Assembly (NCBI GenBank): GCA_045863855.1
Contig: BTVV01000025.1
Span: 1 to 64,000 of the forward strand
Reading direction: 5' to 3'
Length of the DNA: 64,000 nt
Source of the DNA: Planctomycetota bacterium
GTDB lineage: Bacteria; Planctomycetota; SZUA-567; H5-PLA8
Below the pieces are notes generated by a model. It was given only the letters and a program-made list of their open reading frames with translations. It had not been told where the DNA came from and ran no database searches. Both the position numbers and the translations under genes were made by a program. Numbering within the stretch: position 1 is the first letter of the stretch; each line of letters opens with the position of its first letter. Positions 46,733 through 56,255 of this stretch are shown piece by piece.

Positions 46733-49700
46733 GGCGCCGTCACCCCCTGTTCGGCGAACGAGGAGTAGTACTCGATCAGCAGTTCTTTGTGCTCTTTCGG
46801 CAGTTCGCCCATGAGAATCTCGATCATCTTTTCTTTGATTGCGGGCGGCAGATTCGGATTGGCCTTGACCTTTTCGGCCAGCGTTTCGGGGCTGCGCGAC
46901 TTCTCGAAGTCCTCCTGCGTGACCGGCTGTTCGGGCGCGGCCGGCGCGGCTTCTTCCGGAGGCTTGACGCGTGCTTCGAACTGATCGCGCAACGCTTGAA
47001 GCGCGTTGGCAAGCGCCTTGCGGTCTTCTTCCATGGAGACAGCCAACTCCGCATCCTTGCCTCCGGCGGCAAGCGCCTCGGCATTCGTGTCGAGTTTCAG
47101 ATCCTTTACGCCATCGAGGCTGGCCTCCTTGACGGGGGCCGCCGCCTCGGGCGTCAACCCGGAGGCTTTTCCAGTCGCTTCTTTCAGAAGCACCGCCGCC
47201 CGCTTGGCGCGGCTCGCCCCTCGAGCGCGGTTATCTTGCTCGAACTTGCCTATCGCGTCCGTGGGCGAGAGGTGCTTTTCGAAGCGTTTGGCTTGCCGCA
47301 CGGCTTCGGAGTGATGCAGCAGGGATTCCTGGAGGTTTCCGGTCATTTCTGCGGCGATATCGAGATCCGAACCGCGCAGCAGAAACTGGCGCTGAAACGA
47401 GTCCATCCCGTTCTGGCGCTTATTCTCGGCCACGGCGTCCTCCACACCGCGGCGGAAGGCAACGAACTGAAGCAGATCGTTCAGCGCCGCCACCGTGTCG
47501 GCCTGCAGGTGCTGGACGTGCTCGCCCCAATGCCGGCCCGTGATGAGTTGCCGCGACTGCTCCATGCCCGCTTTCAGATCGTTCAGAACCAACTCCACCG
47601 CCGCGGCTTTGCCCTTTCGAGCCTCCTCGATCGCCGCATCCAGCATCGAAAGGCCGGCGTCCTGCCGCGCGCGCAGCAAGTCGGTGCGCAATTTAAGGAA
47701 GCGGGGCATCGCTGACTTGGCGTCCTTGGAGGACAGATAGCGCGCGCGCGAAAGCACGTCTTCCTGCCGCTCCAGAGCCTGCGAGAGTGCCGTGGAGAGC
47801 GGATCGCTGCCGGTAGGCAGCGTCTTCAGGAGGTCTTCTTCGTTGAGCGGCTCATCTTCCGTGGAAGCCGATTCGGGATTCTGATCTTCCTGCTTCGGAT
47901 CCTTTTCCGCGACTTGGGCGTCTTCGAACTTAGGGTCCTCGTTCACGGCCAGGTCCGCGCGGAGCGGTTCTTCCGGATCGGGCTTCTGCCCGGCCAACAC
48001 CAGTCCGCCCTTTACGGCGCGGAGCACCTGGCTTGCGAGCTTCTGCTTCGCCACAATCGCACTGGGCTGGTTATCCTCGATCCGCTTCGCAGCGTCCTTG
48101 AGACTGTCGTTCACGCGCGCGGATCGCAGGCCGGTGAAGGCCGCTTCCAGCGGGGCGCGCACGTTATCGCGCTTCTGCACCTTCGCCTTGAACATCTGTT
48201 GAGAGAGCTGCAACTCGAGCTGCGTTTCCGCATCGAAGTTCGCCTGCTGCTGCTTGCCCAGTGTGACCAGTTTGTCCTGTTCATCCGACTGGAGATCCTC
48301 GAACTCCTTGCCGATCGTTTTCGGCGCAAGCGTCTCGGTGAGCGCCGTGATTTCCTCCTGGCGGTCCAGAATGGTGGAGGTCTGGATCGTGGCCGTTTGA
48401 AGATCGCGCCAGTCGAAGACCTTGCGGACGAGCCGATCGAGCATCAGGACCGCGAGCTTCTGAGGGCCTGCGGCCTCGCCCAGCGCTTTGGCTCGCAGAT
48501 CTTTCTGCTTGCTTTCCGCAGCGTCGGCCTGCGTCTTGGGCCGGGCGCCGCGGAGGCTCGAGGCGATGGGATCATGGGCTTCGGCTATAATCTTCTGCAA
48601 CAGCGCGTTGACCTGCGAGACGCGCGCGGCCATGAACTCCTGCTCCATATGGTTGTTCTCGTATTGCTTCGTTAGCGTACGCAGGTGTCCTTCCATGGCT
48701 TTGGCGGCGCGGATCGCGGCGTCTTGTTTCTCGTGCATGCCCGACCATGCTGCGTCGTCCTCCTTGCCGGTCCCCGACTTCAGCCACTGCTGCCCCTGTT
48801 TCCACGCATCCAACTGGTTGCGCCAGGCAATCAGCCCTTCGGCCATGATGCCCTTCGCGCCTTCGAACGCTTCAAGATGGAAATCGGTGGGTTTGAGCAG
48901 CTTGACCTGGAAACGCGTGGTCTCCGCCTTCCCGCGCCCAGTAGGGTTGATGTCCTGGATGCGGACGAAGTAGTGAAGCGTGCCCGACTCGGGCAGCGCC
49001 TCCATTTTGCGCAAGTCCCAGAAGAAGCGCGCTTCGCTGGTCCGCCCCTGCTGGACGATGGGGCCGGTAATGTGGTCGGTCAAGGGTTTAGGCTCGCCGT
49101 TATCCAGCGCGTAGAGGAATTCAACGCTCTGTAAGCCGAAATCGTCCTTCGCACGGAAGGCGACTTCGAAACCCACCGTCTTCGTGCCGGCCAGATCTTC
49201 CCCAGGCGCCAGCATCTCGACTTCCGGTGGATGGTCCGGGATGACACGAATCTCGTAGCGTTCGGGTTTCGGTTCGCGGTAGCCGTGCGGATCGTATAGT
49301 TCGATGGCGTAGCCGGTATCGCCGTCCTTGAGCATCACTTCGTGCTGATAGGCATTCTCGCCGGCTTTGATCATTTCTTCGGCCGGTTTGCCTTCGGGTA
49401 CGAAGAGCGCCTTCTGAAGCGGGATGGACACCTCAAAGACCAGTTTGACTTTCGTCCCTTCCAGACCGGTCAGCTGTCCGCCCTCCACGGCTTTGTCGGG
49501 CAGGCCGGCGTAGGTCGGGTAGCTGAAATTCGCCGTGATCTTGGTGACGTAGGGACGTTCGACGACTCCAATGTGGTAGCGGTCGGTGACGTAGTCGCCG
49601 CCGGAGATCCACAATTCCAGCGGCTCGCGGACTTCGGGGAAGGTGTAGCTGAATCGGCCGTCCTCGCCGACGGAAATCTTCTCCTTGATCGTGAAGCCTG

Positions 49701-50412
49701 TGGAGGCGCTGGTATAGGCGAGGGTGACCTGGGGCGGAATCTCGCCGGTCACTTCGGCCTTGACCGTGAACGCTTCCATCTGCGGCACCTGCGTGCCTTC
49801 CTCCGGCAGGTCCTGCACCGCGATGGTGGTGCGATGGGGCCAGCGCTGTTTGGAAAGCGGATTGAAGAATCGTGTCACGCCGATGGAGAAATAGTCCCCC
49901 GAGACCACCGCGCCGAGGCCGAAGAGTCCCGCGACGACGACTGCCGCACCCACCCAGCGCATTACACGCCCGCGAACGAAGACCGCCGCCAGCTTTGTCT
50001 GCGCCGGCAAGTCGGAAAGTTCGCGTAGCGCGGCCTCGGCCAGCGCCTTGCCCTGAGGCCGGTCGGTTTCTTGGATGCCTTTGCGCTCGGTCAGTTCCAG
50101 CAATTCGAGCAGCATGCCCGCGCCGCCGGGGGCCACGGCATCGAGGTAGTTCAGCACTTCGCGGTCCGACCACTTCTTGCGCAGCGGAAGGAGCAAAGTC
50201 CACCACGCGGTTACGGCCAGCGCCGCCACCCAACCGATCAGCACCAGCGCGCGGTAAAGCGGTTCCAGGTGCACCCACCAGTCCACGGCCATGGCCAGCG
50301 GCAGGAGTACGAAACCCAGCACCGCCATGCGGGCCAGCCCGGCCTGCATCAGCAGTCCGCGCAGTGCGGTGCGGAACGAGCCGCAGATTCTGGTCAGTTC
50401 GCGGGTGTCCAT
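46729..50412 (-). CDS. DUF4175-like membrane protein with Ig-like domains and a long coiled-coil (1227 aa)
   Basis: 3 N-terminal TM helices, YPTYAGLP, PDHPPEV, AKDDFGL motifs, helical C-terminus ending in LLIEYYSSF; GGGAGAGG RBS before ATG 50412. Confidence 0.8.
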   Translation of the reverse strand: MDTRELTRICGSFRTALRGLLMQAGLARMAVLGFVLLPLAMAVDWWVHLEPLYRALVLIGWVAALAVTAWWTLLLPLRKKWSDREVLNYLDAVAPGGAGMLLELLELTERKGIQETDRPQGKALAEAALRELSDLPAQTKLAAVFVRGRVMRWVGAAVVVAGLFGLGAVVSGDYFSIGVTRFFNPLSKQRWPHRTTIAVQDLPEEGTQVPQMEAFTVKAEVTGEIPPQVTLAYTSASTGFTIKEKISVGEDGRFSYTFPEVREPLELWISGGDYVTDRYHIGVVERPYVTKITANFSYPTYAGLPDKAVEGGQLTGLEGTKVKLVFEVSIPLQKALFVPEGKPAEEMIKAGENAYQHEVMLKDGDTGYAIELYDPHGYREPKPERYEIRVIPDHPPEVEMLAPGEDLAGTKTVGFEVAFRAKDDFGLQSVEFLYALDNGEPKPLTDHITGPIVQQGRTSEARFFWDLRKMEALPESGTLHYFVRIQDINPTGRGKAETTRFQVKLLKPTDFHLEAFEGAKGIMAEGLIAWRNQLDAWKQGQQWLKSGTGKEDDAAWSGMHEKQDAAIRAAKAMEGHLRTLTKQYENNHMEQEFMAARVSQVNALLQKIIAEAHDPIASSLRGARPKTQADAAESKQKDLRAKALGEAAGPQKLAVLMLDRLVRKVFDWRDLQTATIQTSTILDRQEEITALTETLAPKTIGKEFEDLQSDEQDKLVTLGKQQQANFDAETQLELQLSQQMFKAKVQKRDNVRAPLEAAFTGLRSARVNDSLKDAAKRIEDNQPSAIVAKQKLASQVLRAVKGGLVLAGQKPDPEEPLRADLAVNEDPKFEDAQVAEKDPKQEDQNPESASTEDEPLNEEDLLKTLPTGSDPLSTALSQALERQEDVLSRARYLSSKDAKSAMPRFLKLRTDLLRARQDAGLSMLDAAIEEARKGKAAAVELVLNDLKAGMEQSRQLITGRHWGEHVQHLQADTVAALNDLLQFVAFRRGVEDAVAENKRQNGMDSFQRQFLLRGSDLDIAAEMTGNLQESLLHHSEAVRQAKRFEKHLSPTDAIGKFEQDNRARGASRAKRAAVLLKEATGKASGLTPEAAAPVKEASLDGVKDLKLDTNAEALAAGGKDAELAVSMEEDRKALANALQALRDQFEARVKPPEEAAPAAPEQPVTQEDFEKSRSPETLAEKVKANPNLPPAIKEKMIEILMGELPKEHKELLIEYYSSFAEQGVTAP

Positions 50413-50431
50413 GAAACCCTGCGCCTCTCCC

Positions 50432-51643
50432 TTACCGTTCGTAAATGGGCATATAGCCCATCGGGGCCTGCAGGACGATCGCCGCCATCGCCGTCGCGTA
50501 CACGCTGTTTCCGAAATCGTCGGTAAACTCGCCGTCGGGCTTCTGGAGCGCGGCCAGCACCTTGACCGCCTTCGGATAAAACGGGAGCCAATATTTGTCG
50601 CCGACCGAGTACATGGCAAGGCTTGCGTAGAAGCACTGGTAGACGAAGTACTCGCGCTGGCGCAGATCGTCGATCGTGTAGCGCCGGTAGTCGTAATCGA
50701 TACGGTCGCGCGCGGCGGGAATCAGGTCGTGGTCCAACGCGCCGTTCCCCGCCATGGCGATGATCCCGATGCCGCCCAGACTGGGGCCGGCGTGGAGCCC
50801 AAATTGCCGGTAGCGGAAGGTGCCGTCGGGGCGCGAACAGGTTTCCACGTACTTCACGCCCTTAGCGATGGCTTCGGCGGAGACCGAGAAGCCACTCTTC
50901 TTGGCCATACGCAGCACCCAGATCACGTTGGCCGTCACCGACAGGTCGCTGGAGCCTTCGCGCGTGAAGCCATAGCGCCAGCCGCCATCTAGGTGCTGCG
51001 CCTTGCCGATGGCCTGAATCGCCTTCGCCACGGCGTCGCGAGTCTCCGGCCGCCAAGGCATGTCACCTTGAGCCAACAGCAGCGCCAGCGTAGAGAACGC
51101 GTGCTCGTACATGGGGCCGTACGGGTTGCTGCCTTTGCCCGCGATCACACCGCTCGATTGAACGTTCTTAAGCAGAAATTCCATGCCACGGTCGATGTGC
51201 TTGCCGAAGCGGCCGACGCGCGGCTGGCTTCCTTCGGCCATCATCGCCAGACAAGCCAGCGAGGCGACGCCGGTGTTGGACGGATATTGCTTATCCGACC
51301 AGCCGCCATCGGCGTCCTGCGTGCGCGCCAGGAAGGCCAGCGCCTTCTCGGTCATCGCGGCGACCTCGGGCGTCAGCATCTCCTTGGCTTTCTCGTTGCG
51401 GTCCAGCGGCCTGGGGAAGACGAGGAAGGCGGGATCCTTGCCGAAGCGCTGCGCACCCTTCTCGCGATCCCGCTTGGCCAGCAGAGCGTGCACTTCGTCT
51501 TCGGATTCGCCCGACGCGGCGCCCTCTTCGCCTGCCACAGCCGGAGCCGGCGCGGGCTCCGCCGGCGGAGCGGCTTCGCCCGCTGCGCAATTAAGCGCAC
51601 ACAGGCCCAGGAGCAACAGGGTTCGCCGCACGATAGCGCTCAC
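50432..51643 (-). CDS. Secreted prenyltransferase/squalene-oxidase-repeat (alpha/alpha-toroid) protein
   Basis: QW-like repeats FLARTQDADGGW, KAQHLDGGWRY, SRPDGTFRY, LQKPDGEF; signal peptide; GTGA overlap. Confidence 0.85.
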   Translation of the reverse strand: MSAIVRRTLLLLGLCALNCAAGEAAPPAEPAPAPAVAGEEGAASGESEDEVHALLAKRDREKGAQRFGKDPAFLVFPRPLDRNEKAKEMLTPEVAAMTEKALAFLARTQDADGGWSDKQYPSNTGVASLACLAMMAEGSQPRVGRFGKHIDRGMEFLLKNVQSSGVIAGKGSNPYGPMYEHAFSTLALLLAQGDMPWRPETRDAVAKAIQAIGKAQHLDGGWRYGFTREGSSDLSVTANVIWVLRMAKKSGFSVSAEAIAKGVKYVETCSRPDGTFRYRQFGLHAGPSLGGIGIIAMAGNGALDHDLIPAARDRIDYDYRRYTIDDLRQREYFVYQCFYASLAMYSVGDKYWLPFYPKAVKVLAALQKPDGEFTDDFGNSVYATAMAAIVLQAPMGYMPIYER

Positions 51644-53982
51644 AGGAGGCCCCACCATTTGCGCATGCTCCACTCGACGCAGACCAGGATCAGGAAAACG
51701 AGGAGGAACATTGTGCCGTCCCATAGCTCGACCTGAACCTCCTGGCTCAATATCTGGGGCTCGGTCGGGATCGCCGGCGGCAGGGCTTCGAGATCCTTGA
51801 TGTTGCGGTAGTCGTAGTACACGCCACCGGTCTGTTCGGCGGCGGCTCGCAGCCCCTCCAGGTTCGCGCTGGTGTCGCGATCCTCCAGGGATTCCATGCG
51901 CACTTGGTAATTGTGCTTCACGTCGAAGAGCGGCTTGGCCTCGGAGTCTGCGTTGGGTGCGGCCTGCCGGCAACTCAACAGTATGCTTCCCGTCTCACGC
52001 GCACGCGTGTTGCCGCGATACAGCGGATGCCCTGGGCCTTCCGACTTCAGCTCGACCATCTGGCGGTCCTTCTGCTTGGATGACTCCACTGCCACGAAGA
52101 CTTTCTGGTTTTCGAGCTGGCTGATCAGCGCCGGGTCGAGCATGCGCAGGGTGATCTTTACTTCCTCGCCAGGCGCATAGGTTCGCCGTTCGGTCTCGAG
52201 CATGACCTGCTGCTGCGCACCGGACAGCCGCGTTTGACCCAGATCGCGGATGGCCGAAAGCATCATTCGGTCGTAATCGAAGCTTTCCGAAGGGAAGCGC
52301 CAGCGCCAGAGCGAAGTGATGCCACAGAAGAGCACACCGCCTCGCCCGTAACGGTGCACGACCAACAAGGGTTGCCCGCCGCCTTCTTCGCGCGGACCGG
52401 CGCGCTGCAATAGCGTGACCGCCTTGCTCTTCACCGCCTGAACCGGATGATTCCAGTACAAGTCCGGGAAGCTCGCCCAAATCTGCTCGTCGCGAGCCGA
52501 ATCGGTTGAAGCCAGCGTAATGCGGTGTCCCTTTCCTGCAGGCGTACGCTCTACCTTGAACGGCTTCTCCCAGATCCGGTCGTGGTCGATCACCGCGTTG
52601 CGATCCAACTCCACCGGGAGCAGTTGGCGCACCTTGGCCGCGTGGACCTGCACAAACTTCGCCAGACCGTGTGTATACCCGCCGGTCACGATCAGCCCGC
52701 CGCCATTGGTGATGAGCGCCTCGAGACCCGCGACCTGCGCGGCGTCCAACCCATTGGGGTCCACGTCGTTCAGGATCACCACGTCGAAGCGGTTCCATTC
52801 CTCGGTGGAAGCCGGAAGCTTCTCCAGGTTGGTGCGTCCTTGCTGAATGTAATCCACATCGGCCGATTGCAGGAAACAGGAGAGGTTGACGATCGGGTCG
52901 CGCAGGAGCGCCGGGACCATGTACAGGTATTCGCGGTTGGGTTCGCCGGAAACGAGCAGAACGCGCAGGTCGCGCTTGGAGACGGAGACGTGCACCGTCG
53001 CCTCGTTGTTCTCGACGTTCACTTCGTCGGGCTGCTTGGGCAGGCTGAGCTTGAACTCCCGCACGCCTTCCGTTTCCAGGAGCGCGCCGATGGCCACCAT
53101 CGAAGTTCCGCGCTTCAGGCGCAGCGTTTTCTGCGAAACCTGTTTACCTTCTTCGGACATGGTCAACTTCACGGTGAGCGGATCGCTGATCTGGTTGGTG
53201 ACCTTGACCCGGAAGGGCAGCACGTCGCCCAAACTTGCGTCGGCGTCCACAACCACCTCGTCGATTCGCAGGTCGCGCAGCGGAAACTCGCTGCCTAAGG
53301 CCACGCAGTGAAGCGGCACCTTCGCGGCGGCGGCCTCAGAGGCTGCCTGCTCGAGTTTGATCCCGCCGGTTTCGCGACCGTCGGTCAGCAGAACAAGTCC
53401 GGAGATCCGGTCGCTGGCCAGTTCGCGCATCGAATCGGCGATCGCGTCTCCAACGTTCGAGTACTCGCCCGCCGGCTTGAAGCCTTCGGGGAATAGGTCG
53501 GACCTTGAAAGCGGTGGAACATCTTCCGATTCGCGATGCGGGACTTCGCGAAGCAGGCGCAGGGAGTCGGAGAAAGTGTAAAGACGCACACGATGGGTCA
53601 GCGCCAGCCGCTCCTGCAGGCGGCACGCCAGTTCGGCGGCCGTGTGCGCGCGGGTGCGTTCCGCGGGCGGGCGGGCTTCCACAAGCGGGTTCTCGCGCGC
53701 ATCCGGAAAATTCATGCTGGCCGAATCGTCCAGCAGCAGCGCCACGCTGGGCATACGCTCCTCGATGCGTACGACGGAAACTGCCGGCCGCGCCAGCGCG
53801 AGAACAACCATCAGCGCCGCGACGCCGCGCAAGCCCCACAGCAGCAGCAGCTGTCGGCCGCGCAGCCGGCGCGCCATACCGCTTTCGCGCCGCGCAAGCC
53901 AGAAGTAGAAGACGGTCAATACCGCGCCTAGTACCAGCAGGAGCACCATGGCCACGTCGCCGGTCAGGAGCATGGGCTTCAT
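51640..53982 (-). CDS. Membrane VWA-domain + class I glutamine-amidotransferase-like protein (780 aa)
   Basis: 2 N-terminal TM helices, MIDAS DDSASM...LTDG, NVENN, YGRGGVLF...WRWR, C-terminal EWSMRKWWGL. Confidence 0.85.
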   Translation of the reverse strand: MKPMLLTGDVAMVLLLVLGAVLTVFYFWLARRESGMARRLRGRQLLLLWGLRGVAALMVVLALARPAVSVVRIEERMPSVALLLDDSASMNFPDARENPLVEARPPAERTRAHTAAELACRLQERLALTHRVRLYTFSDSLRLLREVPHRESEDVPPLSRSDLFPEGFKPAGEYSNVGDAIADSMRELASDRISGLVLLTDGRETGGIKLEQAASEAAAAKVPLHCVALGSEFPLRDLRIDEVVVDADASLGDVLPFRVKVTNQISDPLTVKLTMSEEGKQVSQKTLRLKRGTSMVAIGALLETEGVREFKLSLPKQPDEVNVENNEATVHVSVSKRDLRVLLVSGEPNREYLYMVPALLRDPIVNLSCFLQSADVDYIQQGRTNLEKLPASTEEWNRFDVVILNDVDPNGLDAAQVAGLEALITNGGGLIVTGGYTHGLAKFVQVHAAKVRQLLPVELDRNAVIDHDRIWEKPFKVERTPAGKGHRITLASTDSARDEQIWASFPDLYWNHPVQAVKSKAVTLLQRAGPREEGGGQPLLVVHRYGRGGVLFCGITSLWRWRFPSESFDYDRMMLSAIRDLGQTRLSGAQQQVMLETERRTYAPGEEVKITLRMLDPALISQLENQKVFVAVESSKQKDRQMVELKSEGPGHPLYRGNTRARETGSILLSCRQAAPNADSEAKPLFDVKHNYQVRMESLEDRDTSANLEGLRAAAEQTGGVYYDYRNIKDLEALPPAIPTEPQILSQEVQVELWDGTMFLLVFLILVCVEWSMRKWWGLL

Positions 53983-56126
53983 GCCGCATCCTCCGTGCGC
54001 CGCATCCCGTACCGCACCGCTAGAAAGGATTCCGAGCCCATCATCAGGGCCAGAATTACAAGCACCAGCGGAGCCAATTCGGTCACGGAATGAAGCTTGG
54101 CGACGAATTCCTCGATGGACTGCTCCGGGCTGAGCCAACTGTAGCCGGCCGAGCCGAACAGATCGCCGAATTCGTCTTCCTGCAGCCGGGCCAGATCGCC
54201 TTCTTCCGTGCGCGGATTGACCACGAACCGGCGACGCGCCAGGACTTCTTTGGGCACCTCGGTAAAGAAGTACTCCCCATCCAGGTTGGTGTTTTCGTAC
54301 GCGATGTTCCAGGCTTCCTCTTCGCCCTCTTTCTTGCGCGGGGTCAGGCGCTCTTTCCCGCCATCGGGGCGCTTGAGCAAGAGGTGCTGCGCCGATACGT
54401 AAACCGCCGATTGGAAGCGGTCCCCGGCGTTGAGGTTTACCGAAGCGTCGGCGTCCCCGGCCAGGTGCTTGAGCATGCCTTGGGCAAGGATCGGAAACTC
54501 CGGCAATGCAGGGAGGATGGTCCACTCCGGCCCGGCCGTGTAGTTGGCAAGCACCACCTGGCCTCGTCCCCAGTCGCGCCGCACCAGCGCGGGCGTGCCG
54601 TCCGAGAGCGTCGCCACTACATCGGCCTCAGTGGGGCTCACGGTCACCGGAATGCACCCGGTCACCTTTGCATGGTCCTTGCCGGCGCTGCCTTGAAGCT
54701 CGGCCAAAGCCGGGTGCGTGGCGCCCGCGAAGACCAAGTGAGGTGCGGTCGCAAGCGACATCGGCGCATCGCCTACTTTGGCCGGGAGCAGACCGCGTCC
54801 CTCCTTATATAAGTGCTTGTTGTAGTCGTACGAGTTGGCGCGTGGGCCCAGGAAGAACCAAGCCGCGCCGCCGTCGGCGACGTAACGCTCCAGGCGTGCC
54901 GCGAATGCCGCGTCCACGGAACCGAGCGCCGCAAGCGCCAATGCACGATAGGGCTCAAGGTTCTCATACGCCAGTTGCGCGGGCGCGATCACCTTGACCG
55001 AGAAAGGCGAGACGCGGTCCAGCCCCGGCCGGCGCAAGGGATCGATCGCCTTGGCCAGAAAGTAGGTATCACTCCCGGCCGCACCGGCCTGCTCGTCCAC
55101 CAGCAGTACTTTGATCTCTTCCGGAACTTGGCACAGGTAGAATCGGCGATTGTCTACCGGATGCTCGTCGCCCTCCAATTGCACTTCGACCAGATACTCG
55201 CCCGCCGACGCGAAGCGATGCTCGAAGTTCAACGTGCCGCCCTCTCCACCCGGCGCGAGTTCGCGTACGCCCTTTTTCTCTCCGTCCACCAGGAAGAGCA
55301 CGCGCGCGGCGCGATCCTGAGGAACCTTGCCCGTGGAAGCCACTTGCACCGAAAAGTTCACCGGCCGGCCTGCCGAGATCAGTCGTTCGGCGGGGCGCAG
55401 TGAAGTGACGAGGTAGTTAAAGGTAGGAGTGCCGCCTACATCCACCATGAACAGCTCGCACCGCTCGCTCAACTCCCGCAGCCCGCGGCTCAGGCCTTCC
55501 GCTTTGCCGCCGGGCGGCTGCCAGGTGAACTTCTGAAAATCGGAGAACGCGTAAACTTCGGCCTTATCCCACTTGGACTGCTCCACGTAATCCTTGACCC
55601 ACTGCAGCGCGTCGGCCATCGGCCCGGCACCCGACCCTGGGCGGAGTGCTTCGATGCGGCCGCCGGCGGTGTGCAGGTCCGTCTCCGCGTCCAGCACCGT
55701 CTCCGCGCGGTCGCCCATCGTCACGACACTGACCGTCGTCTCGGCCGGCAGCGCCCGAACCATCGCCGCAGCTTTTTTCTGCGCGATGCCGAAGGAGGTG
55801 GTGACCCCCACTCGCTGGTTCATGCTCGCCGTGGCATCCAGAAGCACGACCACGTGTCGCTCGGAGGCCGACCCCAGCAGGCCGTGCTGCAAGACCGGTC
55901 GCGCCACCCCGAGCACCAGCAGCGCCACCGCCAGCGTGCGCAGAATTAAAAGGATCCGGTCCTGCCGCTTGACCTGCTCCTGCTCCTTGTCCTGAAGAAT
56001 GTAACGAAGCGTGGGGAGTTCGACCTGCCGCTTGCGCCGCCGAAAGAGCCATTCGATCAACCAAGGCAATCCGGCGGCCACAAGGGCCGCCAGCAGGAGA
56101 GGATGAGCAAAGAATGAATCGAGCAT
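53979..56126 (-). CDS. BatA-domain + VWA + Ig-like + GATase-like membrane protein (715 aa)
   Basis: FAHPLLLAAL...PWLIEWLFRRR...PTLRY...LLILRTLAVALLVLGVARP BatA motif; DATASM MIDAS; PVDNRR; EGDL; C-terminal TM. Confidence 0.88.
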   Translation of the reverse strand: MLDSFFAHPLLLAALVAAGLPWLIEWLFRRRKRQVELPTLRYILQDKEQEQVKRQDRILLILRTLAVALLVLGVARPVLQHGLLGSASERHVVVLLDATASMNQRVGVTTSFGIAQKKAAAMVRALPAETTVSVVTMGDRAETVLDAETDLHTAGGRIEALRPGSGAGPMADALQWVKDYVEQSKWDKAEVYAFSDFQKFTWQPPGGKAEGLSRGLRELSERCELFMVDVGGTPTFNYLVTSLRPAERLISAGRPVNFSVQVASTGKVPQDRAARVLFLVDGEKKGVRELAPGGEGGTLNFEHRFASAGEYLVEVQLEGDEHPVDNRRFYLCQVPEEIKVLLVDEQAGAAGSDTYFLAKAIDPLRRPGLDRVSPFSVKVIAPAQLAYENLEPYRALALAALGSVDAAFAARLERYVADGGAAWFFLGPRANSYDYNKHLYKEGRGLLPAKVGDAPMSLATAPHLVFAGATHPALAELQGSAGKDHAKVTGCIPVTVSPTEADVVATLSDGTPALVRRDWGRGQVVLANYTAGPEWTILPALPEFPILAQGMLKHLAGDADASVNLNAGDRFQSAVYVSAQHLLLKRPDGGKERLTPRKKEGEEEAWNIAYENTNLDGEYFFTEVPKEVLARRRFVVNPRTEEGDLARLQEDEFGDLFGSAGYSWLSPEQSIEEFVAKLHSVTELAPLVLVILALMMGSESFLAVRYGMRRTEDAA

Positions 56127-56165
56127 GCGCTCAGCGTCCGTGGTTGAGGTGCGTCATGCGGATGC

Positions 56166-56247
56166 ATACACCGCATCTGGAATGCGCGTACAAAATTCGA
56201 TATCGCGTATAGAGAATTTTTGTATTACGTCTATGTTTATGGTGTAT
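56166..56247. promoter_or_regulatory. Back-to-back pair of TTTTGTA-N16-GGTGTAT elements (divergent promoters or operators)
   Basis: Minus-strand copy 56195->56166 faces the BatA operon; plus-strand copy 56218..56247 faces the GntR gene. Confidence 0.55.
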
Positions 56248-56255
56248 TACGTACA

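Noticed and set aside
50432..51643. Squalene-hopene cyclase / hopanoid biosynthesis call
   Set aside because: Too short, exported, lacks DxDD, and has no hpn genes nearby
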